Positions 56,191 through 64,000 of a stretch of 64,000 nucleotides of DNA are shown here, in pieces. The position numbers and the translations under genes were made by a program. The notes under the pieces are model-generated. The model was not told where the DNA came from and did no database searches. It saw only the letters and a list, made by a program, of their open reading frames with translations. The stretch lies in NCBI GenBank assembly GCA_037917675.1, contig JAVCBW010000025.1, positions 32,001 to 96,000 of the forward strand. Reading direction: 5' to 3'. Each line of letters opens with the position of its first letter. The first letter of the stretch is position 1. This DNA is from Thermoproteota archaeon (GTDB lineage Archaea; Korarchaeota; Korarchaeia; B14-G2).

Positions 56191-58160
56191 CGCCTATCTA
56201 GTCTGTATGTCTCTAAGTTATATGGGGCTGTAGACCACATGACACCCCTAGCTCGCATCAGATGCCATAAGTCTCTTGAAAGCTCTGTAGCTTTCTGAGG
56301 TTCACCATGAACTACAAGTATCTGCTGAGGAGTAGGTTTTAGCCCACCAACATAGGATAAGAGTTGTAGTCTATCACAGTGCCCAGACAGCCCGTCTATA
56401 GAGTAGACCTTCATCTTGACATCTACAAGCTTTTCACTTCCATCAGGTAGCCTGATTTTAACACTACGAGCTCCATCTCTTATAGCTCTACCAACTGTCC
56501 CAGCAACCTGGTAGCTGACAAATATCAGGGAGTTTCTTGAATCATCACTCAGCAGTGAGAAGTAAAGAAGAGAAGGGCCTCCAGTCAACATTCCTGAGCT
56601 AGCAAGCAAGACACAGGGGCCTCCTCCGACGACATCCAACTTGTCTCTTCCTAATGCTGGTTCGAAGTACTCACTTAATATGGGAAGCTCTCCTGTCTCT
56701 TTGAAGGTTTTTCTGATAGAAGATGATAAGAAGCTTATGTAGTTTGCATATATTAGAGAAGCCTGATATGTCAAGCCATCAATATATATTGGGACTCTAG
56801 ATAGCTCACGCTGAGATATGGCGCTATGGAGAATAGACATAACTTCTTGGGCTCTTCCAACAGAAAGGACAGGTATAAGGACCTTCCCGCCTTCTTTGAG
56901 AGTCTTATCTACTATAGACAGGAGCTGCTGTTCTGCCGTGACTTGATCCTTTCGCACATCACGTCTACCGCCGTATGTAGATTCCATTATCAGGGTTTCA
57001 ACCTTCTTAAAGTGTGTCGGCGATGAAGACAATAACCTGACTTTTCCAAACCTGAAGTCTCCAGTGTAAAGCAAGTTGTGCTTCTCCTTACCGAGTTCGG
57101 TAGTCAACAGAACCATAGCTGACCCAAGAATGTGGCCAGCAGGATAAAGTGTCATCTTGACATCAGGAGCTATATCCAGTGTAGTATTGTAGTCGACAGG
57201 TATTGTCTGTATAACGATAGAGTCAACTTCTCTCTCAGAGAAGAAAGCAGGAACACCTTCACGCTTACACACACTTAGATAGTCCCTGAATAGCAAGAGC
57301 ATTAGATCTCTAGTTGGCTGCGTACAGTATATAGGACCCTTGTAGCCATACTTTATGAGTAGAGGGAGGCCGCCACAGTGGTCTAGGTGAGCGTGAGATA
57401 TTATCACAGCATCTAGATACTCTGCTAGGAATGGAAGCTTCGAAAACAAGGGGAACTTTTCTCTATATGCTCCTACATTTATTCCGCAATCTAACATGAT
57501 CGTCGATGACGGAGTCTGCACAAGGATACAGCTCCTCCCCACTTCTCTTGCCCCACCAAGGAAGGTAGTAGTTATCCAGTGGTCGTCTGAAAGCACAGGT
57601 CTATGGACGAGTGTTGCAGTATTAGACAGGAAGCTGCTTCTATCTGGGTAGGCAGACATGAGAACCTTACATGAGTATTCTAGAGGGAGAAGAGCTTTCT
57701 TAGCTCGGGGAAGCACATAATATACCTCTGGAAACCACCCTGTCTCTAATAGCAGCTCCTGTCGGCCAGCCTCAGTTAGATAAGAGTAGAGCTTAGAGCT
57801 CCATGTGAGAATGGTAACTGTGGAATCAGGGAGCATGTATATCGTCTTGAAAAGATTCTCTTTCTGCAGATCTACCCTGGCTGCTATGGATTTCAGCTGT
57901 TTCTCGACCTCTTCAGGCTTCTTTAGGATGGAGTGCTCACACCTTACTAGTATCTTCTTCCTGATAGATCTCGCGAGGGCCGCGACCTCATTGCGGTTTT
58001 CGATGAAATACTCTATGTTTCTTGAGAAAATCTTCACAATGGCTCCTTCAACTACAACTTTTGTTATCTTAGCCTCTTGGGGGAAGTGGTCTAGGACTCT
58101 CTTCTCGATCTCAGGTATAGCTGCTGTGACATTCTCCATTGCAGCTCCCTTCCCTAGCAA
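56187..58160 (-). CDS. fttA: Beta-CASP ribonuclease aCPSF1/FttA
   Basis: KH-like N-terminus; LGGAREVGRSC, SHAHLDH, AGHILGSA, MESTYG, GLSGH.D, VHGE. Confidence 0.92.
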   Translation of the reverse strand: MLGKGAAMENVTAAIPEIEKRVLDHFPQEAKITKVVVEGAIVKIFSRNIEYFIENRNEVAALARSIRKKILVRCEHSILKKPEEVEKQLKSIAARVDLQKENLFKTIYMLPDSTVTILTWSSKLYSYLTEAGRQELLLETGWFPEVYYVLPRAKKALLPLEYSCKVLMSAYPDRSSFLSNTATLVHRPVLSDDHWITTTFLGGAREVGRSCILVQTPSSTIMLDCGINVGAYREKFPLFSKLPFLAEYLDAVIISHAHLDHCGGLPLLIKYGYKGPIYCTQPTRDLMLLLFRDYLSVCKREGVPAFFSEREVDSIVIQTIPVDYNTTLDIAPDVKMTLYPAGHILGSAMVLLTTELGKEKHNLLYTGDFRFGKVRLLSSSPTHFKKVETLIMESTYGGRRDVRKDQVTAEQQLLSIVDKTLKEGGKVLIPVLSVGRAQEVMSILHSAISQRELSRVPIYIDGLTYQASLIYANYISFLSSSIRKTFKETGELPILSEYFEPALGRDKLDVVGGGPCVLLASSGMLTGGPSLLYFSLLSDDSRNSLIFVSYQVAGTVGRAIRDGARSVKIRLPDGSEKLVDVKMKVYSIDGLSGHCDRLQLLSYVGGLKPTPQQILVVHGEPQKATELSRDLWHLMRARGVMWSTAPYNLETYRLDRR

Positions 58161-58797
58161 GCTCTCCTTTCAGTGTGAAACTAAGGGTTTTGACCCCCTC
58201 TTTAGTTATGACGGTGACATCTATACCGTCACCAGTACCTGTATCTCTGGATATCGCAGCTTTAACAGCCTCTACAGCTAGCCTGACAGCTTGCTCCTCT
58301 GTTAACTGAGGAGCATAGCCTCTTTCTAGGACTGAGAAAGCCAAAAGAGACCCTGAACCAGTTGAAAGATATTTCTCCTCGCTAACCATGCCTAGTAAGT
58401 CGACATTAAGCAGCTGAGGTGCACCATCTTCAGTAAAGCCAGCTATGATAAGATGTGTGATATATGGGAATTGACGAGCATAAAAAAGCCTATGAGACAG
58501 ATATGTTGCAACTTCCTTTGGAGACAACCTGTGCTTGTTCTCATAGAGCTCATAGTTAGCTACAGCAGATGCTAGTTGTGTTAGGAACTGAGCGTCAGCC
58601 ACTAGCCCAGATATCGTAGCATAGACATTATCAGATACTTTGATAGTCTTTCTGGCAACCTTACTTGACACGAGCATGCCTCTAGAAGCTCTTCGATCGG
58701 AAGCTAGCACTATACCATTGGTGAATACGAGTCCCACAGTCGTTGTCTTTGACTCTAGCAGTGTAGAAGACCTATCTGACCTGAACTCCAACATCAT
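58111..58797 (-). CDS. psmB: Proteasome beta subunit
   Basis: TTTVG, SDRRAS, SGLVADAQ, TGSGS, SRDTGTGDG. Confidence 0.94.
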   Translation of the reverse strand: MMLEFRSDRSSTLLESKTTTVGLVFTNGIVLASDRRASRGMLVSSKVARKTIKVSDNVYATISGLVADAQFLTQLASAVANYELYENKHRLSPKEVATYLSHRLFYARQFPYITHLIIAGFTEDGAPQLLNVDLLGMVSEEKYLSTGSGSLLAFSVLERGYAPQLTEEQAVRLAVEAVKAAISRDTGTGDGIDVTVITKEGVKTLSFTLKGELAREGSCNGECHSSYT

Positions 58798-58851
58798 ACA
58801 AACACCTCACTTGAAGTTTAAAGAGCACCCCCCAACTGGCATAGACCCAAC

Positions 58852-59289
58852 ATGGGGAGGGTTACTCTCATAGGTAAGTTACTAGCTAGAGTAGGCTGGG
58901 AATTTATATTTCTTGGGGAAGCTGCAGCATGCAAAAGATGCGAGTTTAAAACAGTATGCGTCGAAAACCTTCAGCCTAATCTGAGATACATCATTACAGG
59001 TGTGAAAAGCAGGGCATTTAGGTGTCAGTTGCATGGAGAAGTCGTGGCAGTGGAGGTTGAGCCAGCACTTGTCGAAGTGGCTATGGAAAGCAGGAGCAGC
59101 CATGAGGGGGCAGTAACCTTGTTTATCCAGCAGGATTGCAACCTCACATGTCAGAATAAGCAGCTATGCAGGCCTGTTGGTCTCCCTTCCGGAACTAAAG
59201 TCAGGGTTGAGAGCGACCTAGGTGAAATGAGGTGCCCCATTGGAAGGAGGCTGAGAAAATGTCTGGTGGCCCCTCTTTTAACCTCGTGA
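58852..59289 (+). CDS. UPF0179 family Cys-rich protein
   Basis: VTLIGKLLARVG.EFIF.G...C..C....C; C.LH. Confidence 0.85.
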   Translation: MGRVTLIGKLLARVGWEFIFLGEAAACKRCEFKTVCVENLQPNLRYIITGVKSRAFRCQLHGEVVAVEVEPALVEVAMESRSSHEGAVTLFIQQDCNLTCQNKQLCRPVGLPSGTKVRVESDLGEMRCPIGRRLRKCLVAPLLTS

Positions 59290-60000
59290 GAGCTCATAGA
59301 CTTCAGTTAGCTCTAGTCTAGAGATATCTTTAACATATCGTGCTACTAGATTTATGAAATACGCCTTCTTCGCAGCATACTCGCCTAGCTTATCGAGAGA
59401 GACTGGAATTCTAATCTTCACACATCCATCTTCAGCTATAGAAGCTTCAGGCTTGACGCCATATGACTTCTCAAATATCGCGACAACTTTCTCCTCAGGG
59501 GATTCAAGTATCTTCCTGAGGATCACATGATACCTAAGCGTCTTAGAAGCCAGTGGGTGATTAAAGTTCACTCGAACCCTACCTCCACTAACAGACTCTA
59601 TGACACCTCTGACACCATCTATCTCGATTTCCTCTCCAGGTACGACTCTCACACCCATTCTCCTGATCCTCCGCTCAGAGAACATCTTAATCTTAGAGGG
59701 GTCTCTTCTCCCATAGGCCTTCTCAGGAGGGATCTCAAAGATCCTCTCCTCTCCCTCCCGCATCCCTAATATCCCTTCATCTAGGCCTCTAGTCACCCAC
59801 TTAGCTCCTAAAACTAGTAGCGCTGGCTTATACTCTATCTCTTCACTAAGCTTCCCTTCTCTCTCAGCTGTCTCCTTAATTGTAGTTTCAAGAAGCTCAC
59901 CTGTATCCTTGATCCAGCAGTCATAATCAACTAAGACAAAATCCCCTAAGCTAGCTACTCTCCTCTGCTTTTCCACAGCCTCAGCTTCACTGCTAGTCAT
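59278..60000 (-). CDS. slyD: FKBP-type peptidyl-prolyl isomerase (SlyD-like, long form)
   Basis: GDFVLVDY, GLDEGILGM, IPPEKAYG.RDP, VNFNHPLA. Confidence 0.93.
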   Translation of the reverse strand: MTSSEAEAVEKQRRVASLGDFVLVDYDCWIKDTGELLETTIKETAEREGKLSEEIEYKPALLVLGAKWVTRGLDEGILGMREGEERIFEIPPEKAYGRRDPSKIKMFSERRIRRMGVRVVPGEEIEIDGVRGVIESVSGGRVRVNFNHPLASKTLRYHVILRKILESPEEKVVAIFEKSYGVKPEASIAEDGCVKIRIPVSLDKLGEYAAKKAYFINLVARYVKDISRLELTEVYELSRG

Positions 60001-60054
60001 AGGATGCAGGTGGCTTATGCCTTTAAAAATGGTGCCCACACTCACTGAGATAGG

Positions 60055-60879
60055 ATGCATAGGAAGAACAGGCGGGCAGTAGCTCAAGAAGATACTATTA
60101 AGCCTATTATTGAGCTATCCCAAAGGTTCATGAGAAACAGGAGGCTTCTTGAGTTTATGGCTGAAGCAGCTTGTATATCTAGAGAGGATGTAGTGCTTGA
60201 GATTGGAGGAGGAACGGGAGCGCTCACATATGAAATCTTACAGCATAACCCGCGTAATCTCATAGTGATCGAAAAGGATGCGAGGCTTTATATGCTGCTT
60301 AAACAGAAGTTTGCTGAGTATAACAATATCAAGATAATCTTAGGGGATATCTTAGAGTATAAGCCTCCACAAGATCTAACTAAGATAATCTCAAACCCAC
60401 CATATCACATAATCTCGAGGCTACTTACAAGGATGCTAGGATGGAATTTCAAGATTGCAGTACTCACATTGCAAAAGGAAGTTGGGCATAGACTTGTATC
60501 AGAGCCTGGAACAAAGGAGTATGGGAGGTTAACAGTTTTGTATAAGCTAGGACATGAAGTTGAGATCTTGAAGACCGTGCCACCGAGCTGCTTCTATCCA
60601 AAGCCAAGAGTCAGCTCGGTGATAGTAAGGATAAAGAAAACAGATAGATCGAGCCTTGACTACGAGGGGTTCTCGTCGTTCTTAAGAAGCATCTTCTCGC
60701 ATAGGAGGAAAAAGCTAAAGAATAGCTTAAGGAGTATAGGGCTGAGGAAACAGGAGGTTGAACAGCTAATAGAGCGCATCGATGAAGACAAGTTATGTAA
60801 AAGGGCTGATGAGCTAGAGGCTACTGAGCTCTTAGAGGTATATAAGGCATATAAAGCTGTTAAAATGGAGACAGCATAG
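60055..60879 (+). CDS. ksgA: 16S rRNA dimethyladenosine transferase KsgA/Dim1
   Basis: VLEIGGGTGALT, IEKD, SNPPY, QKEV, YGRL, FYPKPRVSS. Confidence 0.94.
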   Translation: MHRKNRRAVAQEDTIKPIIELSQRFMRNRRLLEFMAEAACISREDVVLEIGGGTGALTYEILQHNPRNLIVIEKDARLYMLLKQKFAEYNNIKIILGDILEYKPPQDLTKIISNPPYHIISRLLTRMLGWNFKIAVLTLQKEVGHRLVSEPGTKEYGRLTVLYKLGHEVEILKTVPPSCFYPKPRVSSVIVRIKKTDRSSLDYEGFSSFLRSIFSHRRKKLKNSLRSIGLRKQEVEQLIERIDEDKLCKRADELEATELLEVYKAYKAVKMETA

Positions 60880-61051
60880 CCTTTCTAAGCTTTTTAGCCT
60901 TATTGTAATGTTCTCTGCAAAGCCACAGAGACTTTGTCTTAGCATCGACAGAAAACCCAAGCTGTTGGAGAAACGGCAGTAGAGATCGGCTAGCCTTCTT
61001 CACAGCAGGCTTCCCACAGCCAACTACAGCACACTCCTCAGCAGAACTCAA
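60860..61051 (-). CDS. Small Zn-binding hypothetical protein
   Basis: CAVVGC...LCREHY. Confidence 0.65.
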   Translation of the reverse strand: MSSAEECAVVGCGKPAVKKASRSLLPFLQQLGFSVDAKTKSLWLCREHYNKAKKLRKAMLSPF

Positions 61052-61067
61052 AGCTACTCCCCTAAAG

Positions 61068-61142
61068 TGCGGCCGCCGGGATTCGAACCCGGGTCACCGG
61101 CTCGGGAGGCCGATGTCCTAGACCAGGCTAGACGACGGCCGC
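61068..61142 (-). tRNA. tRNA-Gly(CCC), intronless
   Basis: GCGGCCG..TCGGC-CTCCCGA-GCCGG..GGTTCGAATCC. Confidence 0.95.
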
Positions 61143-61201
61143 CTGCATCAGGTTCAGCTCGAGAGTTAATAAAGGTTAGCTCAGAAGCCATAGAGCATAA
61201 G

Positions 61202-61303
61202 TGGTGCCGTGGGCCGGACTTCCACCTAGTTTTGAACCGGCGACAACGCGGTCTTCAGCCACGCGTTAACATCGCGCGCTCTCCCAGGCTGAGCTACCAC
61301 GGC
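61202..61303 (-). tRNA. tRNA-Phe(GAA) with two introns: 13 nt at 30/31 and 12 nt at 59/60; CCA encoded
   Basis: AG-CGCG-CG^AUGUUAA-CGCG-UG^G-CU; GG-UUCA-AA^ACUAGG-UGGA-AG^U-CC. Confidence 0.9.
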
Positions 61304-61390
61304 ACCAACATAGGTTAGAGGAAGATTCTAATAAACTCTTCTATTTGAGGAGAAGCTGATATGGAGTGTAATTCATGAGAAGAATGCAGG

Positions 61391-61475
61391 TGGGCCGGGA
61401 GGGACTCGAACCCTCGACCTCCGCCTCGTAAGGGCGGCTTCATGCCACTGAGTCATACCCCTAGACCACCGGCCC
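61391..61475 (-). tRNA. tRNA-Val(TAC) with 13-nt intron at 25/26
   Basis: TATGAC^TCAGTGGCATGAA^GCCGCCCTTACGAGGCGG. Confidence 0.9.
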
Positions 61476-61478
61476 AGT

Positions 61479-61643
61479 CTACCTACTCTTTGGCTTCTCA
61501 TGTTTTGGTCTTAAGTTTTTAGACTTACATCTTCTACACTTGGTTGCGCCATAAAAGTTATGTGCTCCACATTCTCTACATATCTTGTATCTTAGCAGTG
61601 CTCTAACTGCTATCTGCCTCTTAAACGGGTCTTCTATCGGCAT
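61479..61643 (-). CDS. rpl40e: 50S ribosomal protein eL40 (missed by ORF track)
   Basis: MPIEDP..KICRECGAHN..ATKCRRCKSKNLRPK. Confidence 0.94.
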   Translation of the reverse strand: MPIEDPFKRQIAVRALLRYKICRECGAHNFYGATKCRRCKSKNLRPKHEKPKSR

Positions 61644-61707
61644 GTAAGATCTCCTCTCCTGGGTCCATCAACATATAAAAGGATTCTTACACAGAGTTTG
61701 GGGAATA

Positions 61708-61952
61708 TGGAGAGCAACCAGGATCTGGAGGTTAAGGTCTTATCAATCGTGGAAAGTAAGGAGGGAGCTCACCTGAGAGAGCTGCTTACAACTACTAGGG
61801 TAGGGCTTGCTAAGCTTAAGCAGGTGCTAGACTCGCTTGAACAAAAGGGGGAAGTTGTGATTAGGAGACATGGAGGCTATACATTCATCTCTATCACAGA
61901 GAATGGGAGAAGAAGGCTGTTAGAAGCTAAAGGCGAGGTAGAAGAAAGCTAG
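61708..61952 (+). CDS. Small winged-helix DNA-binding protein
   Basis: GAHLREL...L..LEQKG.V....ISITENG. Confidence 0.7.
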
Positions 61953-62049
61953 TTCAGAAGCTAGCTCAGAAGAAACGTAGCTTCTATGAGAAGTGTTTAA
62001 TAGAAAGGAGTTAGCTAGATGTAGAGGATCTGCTGAGGAAGTGGTATCG

Positions 62050-62541
62050 ATGAAGTTTCCACTTGATGTATTATGTGTGAAGACAGGGACTTTCTGCCCA
62101 GTATGTAGAGCGAAGATACAGGAGGGGAAGGTTACCCAAACGGATATCGATGTAATTAAGGTTCTGATAGAGACACCAGAAGCTTTGAAGATTGAGGGAG
62201 AGTATGTGAGGAGCATGAGGACAGAAAGAGGAATATGGGTTGTTATAAAGGGGGATATAAGCGACGCTCAAGCTAGATCTCTGAGTAGATCGATAAGCAG
62301 GAGACTAAAGAGCAGAGCTAAAGTCATTAGGTATAGGGAAGGAGAATTAGAGAAGGTCATTGCAAGCATACTCGCACCACATCAGATAATAGGGCTTAGC
62401 AGGAGATACCTCTTCGATGATCTCGTGATACTGAAGATATTCGTGAGGCTTAGAGGGAGAAGAGGGAGGAGAAGCCTAGATGAGGAGAAGGAGATAATCA
62501 GCCAGCTTATTGGCATGCCTATCTTGATTGAGGAAGTTTAA
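62050..62541 (+). CDS. NusA-like KH protein (crenarchaeal paralog)
   Basis: MKFPLDVLCVKTGTFCPVC..KIQEGKVT..DIDV. Confidence 0.8.
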   Translation: MKFPLDVLCVKTGTFCPVCRAKIQEGKVTQTDIDVIKVLIETPEALKIEGEYVRSMRTERGIWVVIKGDISDAQARSLSRSISRRLKSRAKVIRYREGELEKVIASILAPHQIIGLSRRYLFDDLVILKIFVRLRGRRGRRSLDEEKEIISQLIGMPILIEEV

Positions 62542-63763
62542 TGTAGCCTTCATAGTCTTCTATCCTGCTGCTTTTTATGATCTCCCTGAGTACAATGCTC
62601 GCGTAGCCTCCTCGATCAAGATAAAATGACAGGACTACAGAGTCTCTGTCAGCAAAAACATCTAAGAACAGAGGGTATATGACAGCAGGCCTAATCGCTC
62701 CTGCTAGCCGATAAGGCCAGCGCTCTATGTCTGAAATAGAGAGACTCACCTCTCTTAGAGCCTGGACTAGAGCCTGATATAGCAAGCCATGGTAAAGTTT
62801 AGTGGTACCATGACCGGGAATAGGTATACAAATGGATGCAAGTCTAGATAGACATAGTCTAGTTAGTCTAATGGCATCCCAAGATGTTCTCGCTACAACA
62901 TACCTACCGAGGGCTCTCACTATCATGCCAGGGTTCACTTTAGTGAAATCGAAGCCGCTATCAGCCAGGATCGATAGAATCCTGTTAAATAGATAAGACT
63001 GGTAGCTCTGCAGGATTATGGAAAGCACACCTGGAGGTAGCATTGGTAAGATACTCGACAGCGATCTTGCACCACTTTTGAGCTCTTTAATGATCCTGGA
63101 CTCATAGGACAGCTGAGTTGCATATGGTGACTTCCTTATAGCATCCTCTAGGAGCTGGAGATCCTCTTGGAGTATAGCCTTAGCGAGCATCAGGTTTATG
63201 GGAATAGGCACTCCAAACCTCTGGTAGCCAAAGTAGTTAAGACAGCCAGACTCCCCTAGTTCAACAGCTAACTGCTGAGCTCTTTGGAAGGAGGCGCCTC
63301 TTATCCTAACTCTAAAGAAGTTCCCCCGCATCTCTCTGGTGGTAATGGGGTGGTCAGAGCAGCCTATGTACCTGATTCTCAGGCTTGCTGGGATCCTATG
63401 AGCATCTATCCTATGTGTCATGGGGGTAGCTATAACTTGATATGCTACAGCTTTCTTGTCTTTTATCCCAGCATACTGGATGCCTTCTGCAGATATGCTG
63501 GCAGCTCTAGCCAAATGATCCACAGCATGTAGAGTGGTATGCTTTATCTTAGAGAGAATATAGCATCTGTACCTCCCATCCCTCTGGTAAGTTGACTGGA
63601 TCAGACTAGCTCTGATGAAAGGTGGGTAGACTTCATCGACAACAAAATCCCAGGGATAAAGCTTAGCTACACCGCCTGCGCCGGGAGGGCTTGTTGAGTA
63701 AAAGCTCAGCCCTATCTCCATCTCATATGATGATTCCGTTGGAGTGAAAATCATGTCAATCAC
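62519..63763 (-). CDS. truD: tRNA pseudouridine(13) synthase TruD
   Basis: DFVVDE, YAGIKDKKAV.YQ, GNFFRV, NYFGYQRFG, QSYLFN, GGYASIVLRE. Confidence 0.92.
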   Translation of the reverse strand: MIDMIFTPTESSYEMEIGLSFYSTSPPGAGGVAKLYPWDFVVDEVYPPFIRASLIQSTYQRDGRYRCYILSKIKHTTLHAVDHLARAASISAEGIQYAGIKDKKAVAYQVIATPMTHRIDAHRIPASLRIRYIGCSDHPITTREMRGNFFRVRIRGASFQRAQQLAVELGESGCLNYFGYQRFGVPIPINLMLAKAILQEDLQLLEDAIRKSPYATQLSYESRIIKELKSGARSLSSILPMLPPGVLSIILQSYQSYLFNRILSILADSGFDFTKVNPGMIVRALGRYVVARTSWDAIRLTRLCLSRLASICIPIPGHGTTKLYHGLLYQALVQALREVSLSISDIERWPYRLAGAIRPAVIYPLFLDVFADRDSVVLSFYLDRGGYASIVLREIIKSSRIEDYEGYIKLPQSR

Positions 63764-64000
63764 AGCAGTTTGAGCTGGCCAGTTATCTTATCTACCTCAT
63801 CTTCTCTAGCAGGACCTATTGCAACAGCCGTTATAGACCCAGGAGGGACTTCTGTGAGGCCTGCGTCCCTTATAAGGGATGCAGGTAAACCTGCCTTCTT
63901 AGCCATGTTATAGTACCTAATAAGGTCATCCTCTCCACTACACCTAAGAACAACCTTCTTGCCGCCTTCTTCTCTCCACTGCTCATATACCCTAGGACAT
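63760..64000 (-). CDS. pth2: Peptidyl-tRNA hydrolase Pth2 (5' end outside window)
   Basis: W.EEGGKKVVL, IRDAGLTEVPPGSITAVAIGP, DKITGQLKLL. Confidence 0.95.
   Translation of the reverse strand, partial: CPRVYEQWREEGGKKVVLRCSGEDDLIRYYNMAKKAGLPASLIRDAGLTEVPPGSITAVAIGPAREDEVDKITGQLKLL

Noticed and set aside
61949-62049. Short tandem repeat (ctagttcagaag/ctagctcagaag) and a possible C/D box sRNA
   Set aside because: Only two imperfect copies; the C box is degenerate and no clear C'/D' boxes are present.

Overview
Core-genome segment of an archaeon, most likely TACK/Thermoproteota (PolB1, Rpo8, SmAP3, TIP49, a crenarchaeal-type NusA paralog and an intron-split cbf5). Bases 1-16.9 kb hold the ribosomal superoperon on the minus strand. 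The rest is mostly information-processing and housekeeping genes, with 16 tRNA genes and SRP RNA. Splicing stands out: by my reading 15 of 16 tRNAs carry 21 bulge-helix-bulge (BHB) type introns, many at non-canonical sites. cbf5 has a BHB intron in its catalytic Asp codon, and the dnaG 5' leader holds a 107-nt hairpin with a kink-turn, closed by a possible BHB. Other highlights are an Smc5/6-like SMC + wHTH-fused kleisin + Nse1/3-like KITE operon, an arcadin-2-like gene inserted between rps11 and rpoD, SepF and a PRC-barrel protein, and scattered Ced/Ted-like DNA-import parts (a pilin, and a membrane HerA/VirB4 ATPase coupled to a TFB paralog). There is also a PP-loop-dead Ctu2-like protein, two genes apparently starting at ATA/ATT, an IS607 remnant and several decaying genes. 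All calls come from reading motifs by eye; no searches were run.
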